A DNA stretch of 64,000 nt, from NCBI RefSeq assembly GCF_000181795.1, contig NW_003526943.1:5158588-5222587 (forward strand), read 5' to 3'. Positions 28,924 through 42,273 of the stretch are shown one piece after another (positions within the stretch are counted from its first letter, which is position 1; each line of letters opens with the position of its first letter). The position numbers were made by a program, and so were the translations under genes. The notes beneath the pieces were generated by a model, which saw only the letters and a list, made by a program, of their open reading frames with translations, was not told the origin of the DNA and did no database searches. The DNA is from Trichinella spiralis (Eukaryota).

Positions 28924-31900
28924 ATGTTAAGTAATTTTCTCATTGCCTACGGCTCGCAGACCGGTCAGGCAAAAGCTATAGCTCTCCGCTTGTCAGAAAA
29001 GTGTCAAGCGCATAATTTGACCCATCGTATTCATTGTCTGAGCGCGAATGAAAAAGAGGTGAAAAACATTTTTTGTATCTTTGCAACTTGATTATTATTT
29101 TTGTAAAGGAAAAAACAAACAGCCAAACAATGTTGATGATGATAATTTAAATTATGTTTATTTATTTTGCATTGTTTTCGCTTTAGTTTTGCATTGAAAA
29201 AGAGCGTCTGGTCATTTTTGTCGTTTCGACAACCGGCGATGGTGAGCCTCCTGACTCGGCCCATCGATTCTTCACTTGCTTGAAGCGTCAAGTACGCCAG
29301 AAACAAAAATCACTGTCCAATTTAAAATTTGCCCTTCTCGGTAAAGCCAAATTTGTTGGTGTTGTTGTTATTTGGCAAATTTTTCACTCTTCTAATAAAT
29401 CAACTTGTATTTTTTCAAAAAAGATTATGCTAATTGTCCGAGCAATTTTGATGTTTAGGTCTTGGAGATTCGAATTATAACACATTTTGTGGTGCTCCGA
29501 AAGCACTCGAAAAGCTTCTCTTTCAGCTTCATGCGAAAGCATTTTATCCTACTGGCTATTGTGACGAGGCTGTCGAGTAAGCATTTATAATTGTTGTTGT
29601 TTATCTTGTCGAAGCTTATCAAATGCAATATATTATCGATCGATTAGCTTTTTTTGACTTTTACTTATCTAATAAATTTTAATATACTTTTCTCGAATTA
29701 TGGCGTGAAAATTTTACATTTGATCATCTTAGAATGAAAGTGTTTCATTGAAAAGTTATTTCAGAAGAATGGAAATGAAACGAGTTTTCAAATAATTAAA
29801 GCATAAAAAAGAGTAAATTTTAATAAGGATTATTCGAAATTGATTGAACAAGGAGGCGTGGTTGGTAGCTTGTCGTTGAATATTCGTCTTGAAAAAAATT
29901 GATGAAAAGGAAAATTTAAGCTCAGTTTTTTTCTCAATCAACATCTTATTGAACGTTTGCTTTCTGCTCATTTGGTCGATTTGTTTGTATTCATTATTTT
30001 AATGGGATGATAATGTGAAGTATTTGCTGACAAATTAAATTCATTACGGTCATTTTGCAATCAAATTAAAATAAAAAAGATAAAAGGCTTTCGAGCGAGT
30101 AAAAAGATCAGAAGATTTGAAAATTGATTGATTCATTTCAGAACTGCAACCGTAGCGGAACCTTGGATTTGTGGCCTGTTGGAATTGTTGTTGTCGAGCA
30201 ACAATTTGGATTCGATTGATAAAGCACTGCCATTGGCCAAATTGAGCTTGGAAATGGAAAATACGGAAATCGCTTCTCTGGGAAGCACCCCAGAACGGTT
30301 GAATGGAATCATGACTCCGCGGTCGAACGGTCGTGAAAGTCAGGCGATTCGGTGCCACATGGAGACTGACCCTAACTACCGTTACGACTACTACTACGAC
30401 GACGACCAGCGGCGCCGGGGCGACCAGTCGACCGTGGATCCGACCATTGCCCATTCGCCGTCGATGCCCAGCCGTCGACCGCGGTTCTACACTTTCGAAG
30501 AGTGCCAGTGCCGTTGGGCCGAACCGTCGGTTGTCGGCTGCGAGCAGTTGCGCAACGTTATCGAGCTCAAGGTGCCTTCGATGGCGTTGATTGTACCGAA
30601 GTTGACTTCGATTGTTACACACGAAGATTATGTAAATTTTGATATGTAAATTTTCTGGTTTGCTTATATTTGTTTGTTTTGAAGACTCAGTTGAATTTTC
30701 CAAGCACAACACCAGAAACCGAATATGCCGGCCAAGCTAGTCCCCGCTACATGGCCAAATTGTTGAGAAGGACCGTACTGACAGCACCGACGGCGAAAAA
30801 GACAAAAGTTTTATTGGAATTTGATTTGAGTGTATAAGAAATTTTCATTTCAATAATAATAATAATAATATTATTCATTTCTGTACTTTAAAGTGGTTTT
30901 TATTTTTCCGCTTCAGGGATTCGATACTCCTTATAAGCCTGGCGATGCGTTCAGCTTTATCTGTTCGAATCCGCAGAATGAAGTCAACTGGCTTTTGTAC
31001 AGGATGAATTTGAGTGTCTTAGCCGACAAGCGATGCACGTTGAAGCTGCTTCCCGAAGCTGAACGTCGTGGCGACAAATTGCCACCTTATTTGCCGGAAG
31101 TGTCTTCGTTGCGTTATTTATTTACCCACTGCCTGGACATACGACAAAGTCCAAGTCGGGTGTGTATTTCAGTATATATATATATATGTGATGTTGTTTT
31201 TTTTCTATACTTATATTTGCAGATTCTGTTGCGATTGTTTGCTGAGCATTGTAAAACGTTCGGCGAGAAACGTCGACTGATGGAACTGTGCAGCTCGCAA
31301 GGCCAACAGCAATACCAACGTTACATACGTCGGGCCGGCTTATCGTTGATGGATGTGCTTCATGCGTTTCCGTCTTGCTTGCCTCCAGTCGACCGTCTTA
31401 TCGGTGAGATTGTGTGAAATATTTCTGTGTATCCATGTGTATGTGATGTAGAAATTGTTTGCACTTGATTTTCAGAATTGCTTCCGAGACTTCGACCACG
31501 ACCGTACAGTCTCGCTTGGTAAATTTTGCTTTGTTGATTTTTTTTTAAATTTTATCGAATCACTCTTGCAGCTCTCCATTGGTTGAAGAGAAGCGTTGCA
31601 AAATTGTGTACAGTTTGGTCAGCGTCACCGCTGAGGAGGGTCGTTTCTACGCCAGAAATGGTCTTGCCACTGGCTATTTCGAAACCATGAAAATTGGCGA
31701 TCAGGTAAAGATTGTTTTTTCTTTATTTTTTAATTCTCGTCTAAAAAACTCATTGTTCTGTTGCTTACGTTGCCTATATTGTCAATTTGTGTTCATGTTA
31801 TTTTGTTTCACTGAATCATTGATGTTTTACAGATTGAAATGTTTCTCAGACAGTCGAGCAATTTTTGCTTGCCGTCCGATATTTTGAACACTCCAATAGT

Positions 31901-32710
31901 TATGATTGGTCCTGGAACGGGCGTGGCTCCTTTTATCTCTTTTTTGCAGCATATCAAGTATGTTTTTTTTTCGAAAAGAAATATTTCAGATATTGCTGGT
32001 GTCGTTGTTGTTTTGTGTATATCATGTCATATTATAATGTTTGGTTGTTGTTGTTGTTTTTGTTTGTACAGAGCTTTGTCAACCGAGGAAAATCGCTGGT
32101 GTGAACGATGGCTATTTTACGGCTGTCAGTTTGAATCTTTGGACTACATATTTCGGTATTTTCATTTTTGTTCTGGCAAATCTAATTTTTATTGTTTGAT
32201 GATTTGTGTTCAGCAAACAGTTGGAAGATTTTCACGATTCGTTTTTATTAACTCACCTGGTTGTGTCTTTTTCCAAAGAAGAACGCGAGGACAAGGCAAA
32301 ATACATCCAAGACAGTATTCGCGAAAATGGATTTTCATTGGTTCGACTGTTGACGGAAATGAACCAATCGCGGGTGTACGTCTGCGGTGACGTGGAAAAC
32401 ATGGCCAAAGAAGTTTTTCAAGCATTTATCGATATACTGCAATCACACGGGGGTGAGTGGAAAGATACTGAATTTAAATAAAATAAAATAAAATGATGAA
32501 AAAGCTTCGTTTGATGTAAAAAAAAGGCACCATCTTATTTTAGAACAATGTGCATTGAATTGAAAGTTCTTTGAAACTAGTTGAAATTGATTTTTTGAAT
32601 TTTTTCCCCATTTATTTGGTTCTATTTCAGAAATGAGCGCAGATGATGCGAAGAAATTCATGTCCGATTTAATCAGCAACGAACGATACATTTTGGACTA
32701 TTGGCTTTGA
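28924..32710 (+). CDS. MTRR: Methionine synthase reductase (diflavin FMN/FAD/NADPH oxidoreductase)
   Basis: FLIAYGSQTGQAKAIA, VVSTTGDGEPPD, LLGLGDSNYNTFC, VAEPWICGL, ELCSSQG, AFPSCLPP, LPRLRPRPYS, MIGPGTGVAPFISFL, VYVCGD and terminal RYILDYWL*. No N-terminal membrane anchor, unlike P450 reductase. Confidence 0.88.
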
Positions 32711-33598
32711 GAGCTTGTGCTGTACTTGTAAAGATAAACGTAAAATGAAAGATGATGTATTTGTCATGAATTTGTATTTTCTTTTTTCTGTTTTTTTCTT
32801 ACTTCCGAAAAGCAGACGATTCAATTTGTTCTTTTATGATGAATAATTGATGTTTAGTTGAAATTTTTGTTTCGAAGTTTTTGAAGTAAAACAAAAAATT
32901 TGCATCATCGTATATTGTCATTTGTAGGGTTTGCAAGCTTTTTTGAACGAAACAACTCAGAACAGTGAATGTTAAGCAATAATTAAAAAGAAATACATAT
33001 GCAGGTAAAAGTAGAAGTGCTCATTGCAGAAATTGTGTTCGATTGTGATGATTTGTGACTGACAATGGTGCAACACTTCCAAAAATTGAAACTTGAGCAA
33101 ATTATTTCTTTTTACCGGACAATGTTTGCAAAAGTAGTGCAGAAAAAAAAATTTTTTTTGTATTTTTCTCAAATTCTGTTTGTACAATATTATTCTAAAA
33201 ATATTTCAAATGGTCACTGATTAAAATTTCCATTTTTTTATTGGGAATATGATTCTTTTTGCAAGTGGTGAAAATAATCGTCAAGTGATTATTTGATACG
33301 TATGTACGTGATCACATGATGTGCTCGTGACAGTATGATCTGCTGTCGAGTTTGCAAACAGAACGCAGTATCAGAAGTCGAAACCATTCGCCATTTGATA
33401 CTTTGATACACATACAAACACAACGATTAGAAAAATTATTCATATAAAACAAGCAACTTCGACTGGGAAAAGAGAAGAGCAGCTTTGTTTCCTCATTGTT
33501 CTGAAAGTGCTGAAAGTTGTAGTCAATTTTGTCGTGTTCATTTCGGTTCCAAAAGCATGCATTGCAACTTGATCAAAAATTCGTACACTTTAAGCATA

Positions 33599-35235
33599 AT
33601 GTTGCTTATTTTGCCACTGATTATTAATCTCGCACTCTGCCAAACTGAGCAGCCGAATGTGAGTGACTGATTCAATTGTGAAACTGTTATATTTTTGCAA
33701 TCCTTGCAAAAATTATGAACATACTTCCAGGTCATATCTTACAAACGAAAAGAAGGCTTGTTCCTTTGGATCCACTTGAACGAAAATGTCGACTTGAAAC
33801 CAATCGTCAGTGTGGTGACAAATTTGAATAAAATAAGCGACAAAATTTGTCCACCAAAAATATGCTTGCAAATTAACGAAATTGTGTCTGGCGTCGGTTT
33901 TGGAAATGATTTTTTCAAACAAGTAGTCATCGTCCTCATTCAATTACAATTTCTTATTGTTTTTTGTCATGTTTTCTACTTATTTTTTGATTTTTCATTT
34001 TCATTATTTTCAAGATCATCCCGCGTGAAGTGACAACTCAGCCTTTTGTTCATGAATCTCGTCACGGCCCCATAGGCGACATACCGAATACGGGTATTGT
34101 TTATCATTGGTTTGAAATATTTTTAATAATAATAATTTATAATAATAAAGAGCAAATGAACAATGTTTGCAATATAGGTGGCGACATATTTGTGCACGCG
34201 AAATGTGACACCAAGTCCAATCTTTTCGACTTTGCTTGGCGAGTGGTGGAACTGCTTCGACCGTACGTGAAAGCTTTCAGCGATGTTTACGGCTTCTCTT
34301 ATCATGGAAATCGAGATTTATCCGGCTTTGTTGACGGTTGGTCAGCTTTTCAACTGCTTGTTTCAGTCAGTTCAATGAATCAATCAATCAATTGCATGCT
34401 TGAAAATTTTCGAATCAATTCTACAGAACAAGCTTTTTAAAATGACTGATTTGAAGAAAGAAAAAATTTTTAATTTAATTTCATTTTAATTATTGAACAA
34501 AAATAATAAGTTTTGCATTTTGTTTTGATTTCAAGGAACAGAAAATCCCAAAGATGAAGAAATAGAAGAAGTTGCTGTGGACAAAAATACCGGAGGCAGT
34601 TATTGCGTAAGAAAATATTCTCATCGTCATTTTTTCATTTTTTAATCGAATACTTTTTTCAGTTGACTCAACGATGGATACATAATTTGACGTTCATCGC
34701 TTCGGCGTCAAGTATACGAAAAAAACTATATTCTGATATGAATAATATTAATTTATAATTTTCACTTTGTTTTTTGTTCTACTCCAGCTAAACGTATGGA
34801 AAATATCATTGGAAGAACACGAAATTTCAATCTAGAATTGAAAAATAAGTCAGCCCTTTCTCATCTGGCACGAATGACTTCTGGTACTGCAACCGTCATA
34901 TTAGCCATGATTTTATCGTAATGAGAATTTTGATCAATTTAATTAGCATTTCATTTCATATTTCAGGTGCAGAATACAAATCAAAAAAACCATTCCAAAT
35001 ATATCGACAGTCCCTGCCATACGGTACAATCAGTGACGAAGCTGGACTTTTTTTCATAGCCTTTGCCAATAGCACGATAAATTTCGATTATATGCTCGAC
35101 AGATTGGTAGGAAACAAAGGCGATGGCTTATTTGACCACTTGATGCTATTCAGCAGATGCGTTTCAAGCAACTATTGGTATTTTCCAAGTATTCAAGAAT
35201 TAATGGCAATAAGAAAATATTGGGAAGCTGCTTGA
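33599..35235 (+). CDS. DyP-type (YfeX-like) heme peroxidase with putative signal peptide, 8 exons
   Basis: Spliced product: MLLILPLIINLALCQ..GGDIFVHAK..RDLSGFVDGTENP..GGSYCLTQRWIHNL..ENIIGRT..SHLARM..IYRQSLPYG..GLFFIAF..MLDRLVG..DHL..NYWYFPS. GxxDG Asp, proximal His and distal Arg are all present. Confidence 0.92.
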
Positions 35236-35598
35236 TATCTGTTTGAAAGTTTGCTTTAGAGTGAAATGAAAATATTCTTCATGATTCTTCTATTGATTTT
35301 TATTCTCTGATTAGTTAATATACATTAATTTTGTAGCATTGCAGTTGTATTTTGAAATCATTAAATGCAGTCTTTATTAATTGATGCGTTTTGCTATTGT
35401 AAATAATATGCAAAATTTGTAAAATTGAAATAAAAAATTCAAAAACTTTTATGCCGAAACCACACTTTTTTGCATGCATTTAAACTGTATACTGTAATTT
35501 TTAAAGCCCTGTGATTTTAAATGACTTTGTTTAAAGCAGTACTTTAATTATATTATCGAAAGTGTCTAGTTTTTAAGATCCGTTTATCTGGAAATCAA

Positions 35599-37963
35599 AT
35601 GTTACCATTATTCAGCGTGATATGCATTAGACACCGCATTGCAAGCAGAAGTAATGTATTCTTTTTTCACTATCCAGTTGTTGGATGTAATTATTATTTA
35701 TTCATGCTGTAATTTTATTTGTAATTTTGTTTTAATTGTAATTGATGGTTCAATTTTATTTATTATTATTTCAATTATGATTAAAAGTCTTGAAAAATAA
35801 AATTGCTAGAGCTTCTTTAAATTAACACATTGTTTTGTAATAATTTTTAGTGATCAAAAAGTTGCGCGACATTTACCGTCATCGCTGGATTTATGCAATG
35901 ATGGATATCATTTTAATACTGGGCTTGCTTTATTTTTTCGTGTGCTCGTTGGATTTGCTCAGCAAGTCGTTCACTTTAATTGGTGGAAGAATAATTAAAG
36001 ATATTTTTTGTAATAATACAATTCTTCAAAGTGCCCTGGCTAAAGTGATGGTCGGTTTGTTGGGGACAGCTGTGTTGCAATCGTCAGGCGTATCTACTTC
36101 AATTGTAGTCAGCATGGTTGCTTCAGGAGGTGAGCAATCGTCAAAAAATAGCTAAAAACAATTCTACGTTAATATTTAATAATTGATCAAACCGACTATT
36201 CAGTATGAATTAATTCAATTATTAATTTTTTTATTTCAATTTCAGCAATTGATGTAAAATCTGCAATTCCAATAATTATGGGAGTCAACATCGGTACATC
36301 TGTTACGAGCACTTTAATCAGTCTGGTGCGCACCAACAATTCAAATGCGTTTGGTAAAACGTTTGCCGCTGCCACAGTACATGACATGTTCAATTTAGTA
36401 ACCGTTTTAATTCTTCTACCAGTAGAAATGTTGTCCAGTAACCTTCTGCATTATGATTATTTGTTCTTTTTATTATTCATCATTTTTATAATTAAGGTTA
36501 TTTATACATTTTAACTGGATACATCAAAAAGAATTATGAATTCTTTACCCAGAGCAGAGAACCGCTAAACTTCATGAAAGTGATAATTGAATCATTCACT
36601 GATTTAATCATTCAAGTACCAATGTAGTTTTTAGTGTTAATTTGATTCTGTTTCAATTTTAGTGACGTGATCACATTGCTTATTTTAGTATGATAATATT
36701 TATGCTTATTTTTTCTATTAGCTAAACACAACTGCACTCGAAGAATCAATAGCATCTCAAAATTCAAGTATTGCCAATAATGCAGAATTAGTTAAACGAA
36801 ACTGCCCTTTAAAAGAAGATTTAAATCTCGTGAGCATTTCAGAAAGTTTTGAACTTTCTAAAAAAGAAATTGTATATAGACCTTGTAAAGCAAAGCTTTG
36901 ATTGCTTTTAAATAATTATCGTATTGTGGATTATTTATGAAGCATTATTTCAGGTAATCATCTATTTGCTTATGTTCAATGGAGTGATACTGGCATTGGT
37001 ACAGTGTTGCTTGTCATGTCGTTGATGTCTGTCATTGGTTGCCTTTTTGGTCTTGTTGGATTGCTGAATGCAATTTTTCGAGGTTCCTTAGCGCCCTCCA
37101 TTCGTCGAGTAGTCAATGTCAAATGTCCGGGATGTTTGTCTTTTCTCACTGGGTGAGCGCGTTGATGTTTGATGTTTTTTATTATTCAAATGAAAAATCC
37201 ATTTCACATTTACAGATACCTCGTCATATTGTTCGGTGCGGTGATGACAGCTTTGCTTCAGTCATCGAGCGCGTTCATATCGGCGATGTTGCCTCTGGTC
37301 AGTATTGGAATTTTGGATTTGGAAAAGATGTACGAATTGACTTTGGGTTCCAACGTCGGCACCACCATCACCGCCATCTTTGCCGCATTTTCTCAGACAG
37401 GAAAGAAATCCAGCGCGGCTGTTCAAATTGCTTTGTGCCATCTATTTTTCAACTTGTCCGGAATTTTTCTATTCTACATTGTGCCATTCATGCGCAATTT
37501 GCCAATCGGCATGGCTCGAAAATTGGGCAAAACAGCCGTCAAATATCCTTGGTTTCCTTTTTGGTATTTGGCTTTTACATTTTTAATATTTCCAGGCGGC
37601 ATTCTTCTCCTGGGCATGGCGGGCGAAATTTTTCAAACCATTCTGGGTGTTGTCATTTTGCTGAGCTTCTTGTTAATTTTGCTGATCAACGTCATGCAGA
37701 CTGTTTGTCCGGACTATATGCCACCAGTGTTGCGCAATTGGAATTTCTTACCCTTGTGGATGCACTCTTTGGAACCAATGGACCGCCTGATTCGTTCACG
37801 CTTTGGAAGCTCCGCCGCAAAGCGTTGTATCGACAAAACACCGTCGAACGATACGCGAATTGTAATTTCTACCGTCGAAAGTGGAAAAGATGATTCATCT
37901 CCATCAATTACAGATAATACAGTATCAGATTCCAGTACAGCGAGTGTTTCATTAACATTTTGA
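35599..37963 (+). CDS. SLC34: Sodium-dependent phosphate cotransporter, SLC34/NaPi-II family
   Basis: LYFFVCSLDLLS, LQSSGVSTSIVVSMVASG, IPIIMGVNIGTSVT, AATVHDMFN, LLQSSSAF, LTLGSNVGTT and QIALCHLFFNLSGI. First exon 35599-35650 is inferred from splice phase. Confidence 0.92.
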
Positions 37964-39223
37964 ATGTTTCATTCATCTCGAAGTAACAACAATCATTTTG
38001 TTTTGATATCGCTCTTTGTTTATTACACAGAATATTTTGAATAATTTCATTTAATTAAATTGTCGTCATTAAATTAATTTGAATTTTTTTTTCAAAATGA
38101 AAAATTACTTTGAAATTTTCAACATCATGCGTGGGAAACGTCTGAAAATGATGCATCATTGTTGATTGTAGAATCGATTTCTTTTATGAAGTTAATTTTA
38201 TTGATATAAGCAAACAAAATAATTTTCTGCTTAACACTTTAAAATCAATTTATTATGAATAATTTTTAAATCCATTACTGTGAGAAATATTTTCTTTATT
38301 TTTAATAAAATTATTAAATTTTCAAAAAATGTCAAAATTAATTGAAGAGCAAAAAATGTACATAGAAACTTAATTAATTGCTAAAAAAATTTTCAAAACA
38401 CAAAACATAAAAGGTGTTGGTGTGTGTTTGTTAGCATCCAAAATCCGAAATGTATATAATAGATCATGCAAGAATATACATTAACAATGTAAATGATGTG
38501 GAATTACCAAATTTCCTGTTCTTTTTAATGGAAATTTTAATGCATTATAATATAATGTACAGAAATGAATTCAGGCATTAAGATATTTAAAAATATTTTA
38601 CCTTTTGGAAGTCACATTATTTACGTGAAAGTAATTTTCACCTGCACTGATACTTACTTGCATACAATCAAATTAGATACGTGAACTACATACTTTCACT
38701 TGAATGAGACACTTTCATGGTCAAACATAAAAACAATGTAATTTTCAAATGCACGCAAAACCAGACGTCACTTTCATAAAAATTTTATGTTCCCTCATTA
38801 CCCTTGTCCATCAAACTGATAAATAAAGTTTATGTTTGGAATAAATGTTCGCGTTTTCTTTGCTTTTGTGATAAAAATAAAGTAAAAATTTTGTAACTAT
38901 TCTTTGTAGCTTATAGCTATAGCATATTCGTCAAAGATTTTATTTAACATAGTATTAAAATATACATGTGTATTTTATTATATTTTTATCTTTTTTTACA
39001 AAAGAACTTAATGGATTGCTGATCTAAATTCAAATTTTCATGGCCCAATCAAACAATTCATTAAACTGACCAATTAAATGCTTTTATGCTTTGCTTTAAA
39101 GTTCAATTTCAAAACAAAAATTTCAAAGTTTACATTTTAAACCATGTAAATGTTAAACTTTTAGGCAAAATAAAATAAAATGAAATAAAATAGTTTATTT
39201 GAACTGCGAACAGTGATACGGAC

Positions 39224-39796
39224 ATGCCCAAGAGCAAAGAGGCAAGGCTTTCCAAAGCTCTGAAATATATCACATTTCCCATTGATGAAATAACCCTTTG
39301 GCCATCTTATTTGCAGAATCGCTGCTTATCAATACTTCTTGTCAATCCAACTAAGGTTACTGTTGGATATTTGTTGAAATCCAGTCGTCGGTTCAGAATA
39401 GAAGTTTCTCCACGATGTGGTTTCATCAAACCAACGAGTTATCAAAAAATTGATATAGTACTTTGGAAGTTGAATAATCAAAGTTTCAGAATTAGAAATG
39501 ATCGCTTGACAGCTATGATTGCCGTCAAGCCGGATAACATCGATATTTCGGATGCAAGTATTTTATGGGACGAATCGGTATATTTTCCACCTGCGGTTGC
39601 TCGTCGATGCATAAAAATTACGTACCAACAACCGTTTGAAGGAAGTGAGGGTCTCATTGAAAGCAGTTCTTCACCGCTTGGCAAACAAACATCTGGTGAA
39701 AGTGAAAGTGCGCTTACAGGTTCTGAAATAACTACCACTGAAGAGGATGCTAAAATCGAAATTGTGGAGAAACAGGATCAGCAGCATTATGAATAA
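39224..39796 (+). CDS. Intronless MSP-domain (PapD-like) protein, 190 aa
   Basis: LVNPTKVTVGYLLKSS..IEVSPRCGFIKP..NDRLTAMIAVKP fits the MSP fold pattern; acidic Ser/Thr tail. Confidence 0.8.
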   Translation: MPKSKEARLSKALKYITFPIDEITLWPSYLQNRCLSILLVNPTKVTVGYLLKSSRRFRIEVSPRCGFIKPTSYQKIDIVLWKLNNQSFRIRNDRLTAMIAVKPDNIDISDASILWDESVYFPPAVARRCIKITYQQPFEGSEGLIESSSSPLGKQTSGESESALTGSEITTTEEDAKIEIVEKQDQQHYE

Positions 39797-41739
39797 GAAA
39801 ATAAATTTTTAACATAATTATGCTGTTAAAATATTGTTAAACTGTTTTCATGCTTCAATTTTTCATGTATTATTAATTTATGTATCTGAAACGAAAATTG
39901 CTTATTAATGTTGATTGTTCATTGTTCTGTTCTTAATTTTGGAACTTAATTGCTTGTTATTTAAGAAATTTTAATTAAAAAAATAAATTTAACGCTTATT
40001 ATTTCAAATGATTTTGTTTCATGTTCATAAAACCAAAAGCAAGTAATATTTTTTTCATTTTATTACAATGTTTCTGGCAAAATTCTTGAAGAAATTTATT
40101 AATTAAATAAAATATAATGCATAAGAATTTATATGCATAAATAATTTCGAATAATTTATTTTTGAAAAATATTCTTTTTTAAAATTAACAAGTGAACAGT
40201 GCAAAGTAGTGTAAAACAAATGATGTGCATTTAAAGAAATTGTTTAAAAACTTTTCAACATTTAAGGGAAAAATTACTTATAATGAGAAAATTATTTTTT
40301 TAATGCAACATTTCCGTCTTTATTATTTTCAATGCTTACTTTTCAGTTTCTACAATTACATCTACCAACGATACTTAATATGAACTAATTTCAAGCATTT
40401 TTGTGTGAAAATAAAGTGGCTATGCTTTGATAGTTGGTTATTACATAAAAATAAAATAAATAAGAAAAAATTGAATACAATCGTTTTTATTTGGAATAAA
40501 TTTAAAAAGTCACATGTAATAAATATCATGTAAGCTTATTTGAACCTTTGTTCCTTATTTGCTTGTTTCTTCTGAAATTTTATCCTGTGCTTTTCCAACA
40601 TTTTAATATGAAATGTCAACATTCATTTTTATATAATTAATCAGTCAGCTGAAAAAGATTATCACACATCAATAGAGAAAAGAAATACAATAAATATAGA
40701 AAACGGAAAAATAAATTCTTCTTCTTCTTTTTCTTTGAAAATACTTAGCTAAGCAGTAATCACAAAAAAAATTTTGAACTTGGTTATTAAATGATCACCT
40801 TTGCACATTTAAATCTTAAATTTTCAGGATTAAATACGTTAATTTGCATTTTTATAAAACGCATCAGTTAAATTATACATTTTTTATATTTTATTTAGAA
40901 TTTTAACTTTAAATTTTCAAAAATTTTAATAATTGTCATAAAATTAGTGGGCAAAAAAGCACAATAAATCAAGATGCCAGTCTTCGTTTCGCACACTTTG
41001 CTTTGTTTTATTTTATTATATTTTATTTTATGCTGCACGTCAAAATCGACTGTGGACAACAATGATTAATGAAGCTATAAATATGGGTGTGGCATTTAAA
41101 ATAACAAAAAGTGATGTGTGGAATGAATAAGTTGTTCATGCGTTAAAGCATATGATGCGTGATAGAATTTTAATCATTTAAAAAAGAAGTTATTTTGCAG
41201 TGATTAATTACTAATGTTTTTTGATCTGACATGATCTCTCTTTTTCCATCACAACAATTAATAAGTATTTTTAAAGAAATAAGAATAATTAATAACGGAA
41301 ATAGGATCAGAATACCCAGGATAAGGTCATAAAAGGAGATATTAAATTGACGTTGAAGTACATATATTCTTAATATCTTCCATGTAAAAATTATTTAAAA
41401 AAATTAAACAGACAATAAAGTTTTAAAATTATTTATTCAATATATACTATTTTTTTAGAAAAGATGTAAAAAGTGATTTTAAAAAATGACAATTAAATAA
41501 ATGTATTGATCAATGATAATTTGCTTTTTACGAAACAAATTAATTTATCATCATTATCCAGAATTTATTGGTTTTCATTAATTTATGGGCTTAAGAAATT
41601 TAAACCTTTCGACTCTAAAATAAACTTTAAACAAATTATTACATTAATGCAGTTTCACTAAAATTTCCTTTAAATATTACGTATTCCCTGCAATTGCACC
41701 ATTTGAAATTGCTATTTGGTTTGAATTCTATTTTGAAAA

Positions 41740-42273
41740 ATGTCAATGGATGCGAACATGGAAGCTTTGAAAAGAATTACGTTGCCGGTGAAGCGCATTG
41801 TTTTGAGAAGTGCTGCTCACTATTGGATTCAACTTCGTGTAAACAATCCGACCAACTTGACAATTGGATTCAAAGCGAAATCCACTCTTCCGAAGCATCT
41901 CATATTATATCCAAAATGTGGATTCCTCAAACCGAATAGCTCCCTTCTGATTAAGCTATGCTTTTACCGTCTTCTCCCGTCGTGCGTGTCCAACAGAAAG
42001 CGCGACCGTCTGACAATGTTGTTTGCCGTTAAGCCGAAACGAAGATCCCTCAGAAAGGATCCAGAATTGATGTGGCGAGGCAGTTCTTTTCCTTCAGTTA
42101 TTTCTCGACAATGCATAAATATTATTTACAAGCAAAAAGAAGTTACGGATAATAATTTTGAAACAAATGGTACAAACTTCGAATCTGCTTCAAAACTTTC
42201 GGAAGACAAGCTTCCAGAAGACGACACCACTTCAGCATCTGTACAACAGAATCAAGAACAAAGTGATTCATGA
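41740..42273 (+). CDS. Intronless MSP-domain protein, 177 aa
   Basis: LRVNNPTNLTIGFKAKSTLPKHLILYPKCGFLKPNSS..RDRLTMLFAVKP; paralog of the gene at 39224. Confidence 0.82.
   Translation: MSMDANMEALKRITLPVKRIVLRSAAHYWIQLRVNNPTNLTIGFKAKSTLPKHLILYPKCGFLKPNSSLLIKLCFYRLLPSCVSNRKRDRLTMLFAVKPKRRSLRKDPELMWRGSSFPSVISRQCINIIYKQKEVTDNNFETNGTNFESASKLSEDKLPEDDTTSASVQQNQEQSDS

Noticed and set aside
37039..37893. 284-aa overlapping ORF in SLC34, and similar shadow ORFs at 30050, 44888 and 52473
   Set aside because: Alternative-frame or antisense shadows of GC-richer exons, with no recognisable domains.
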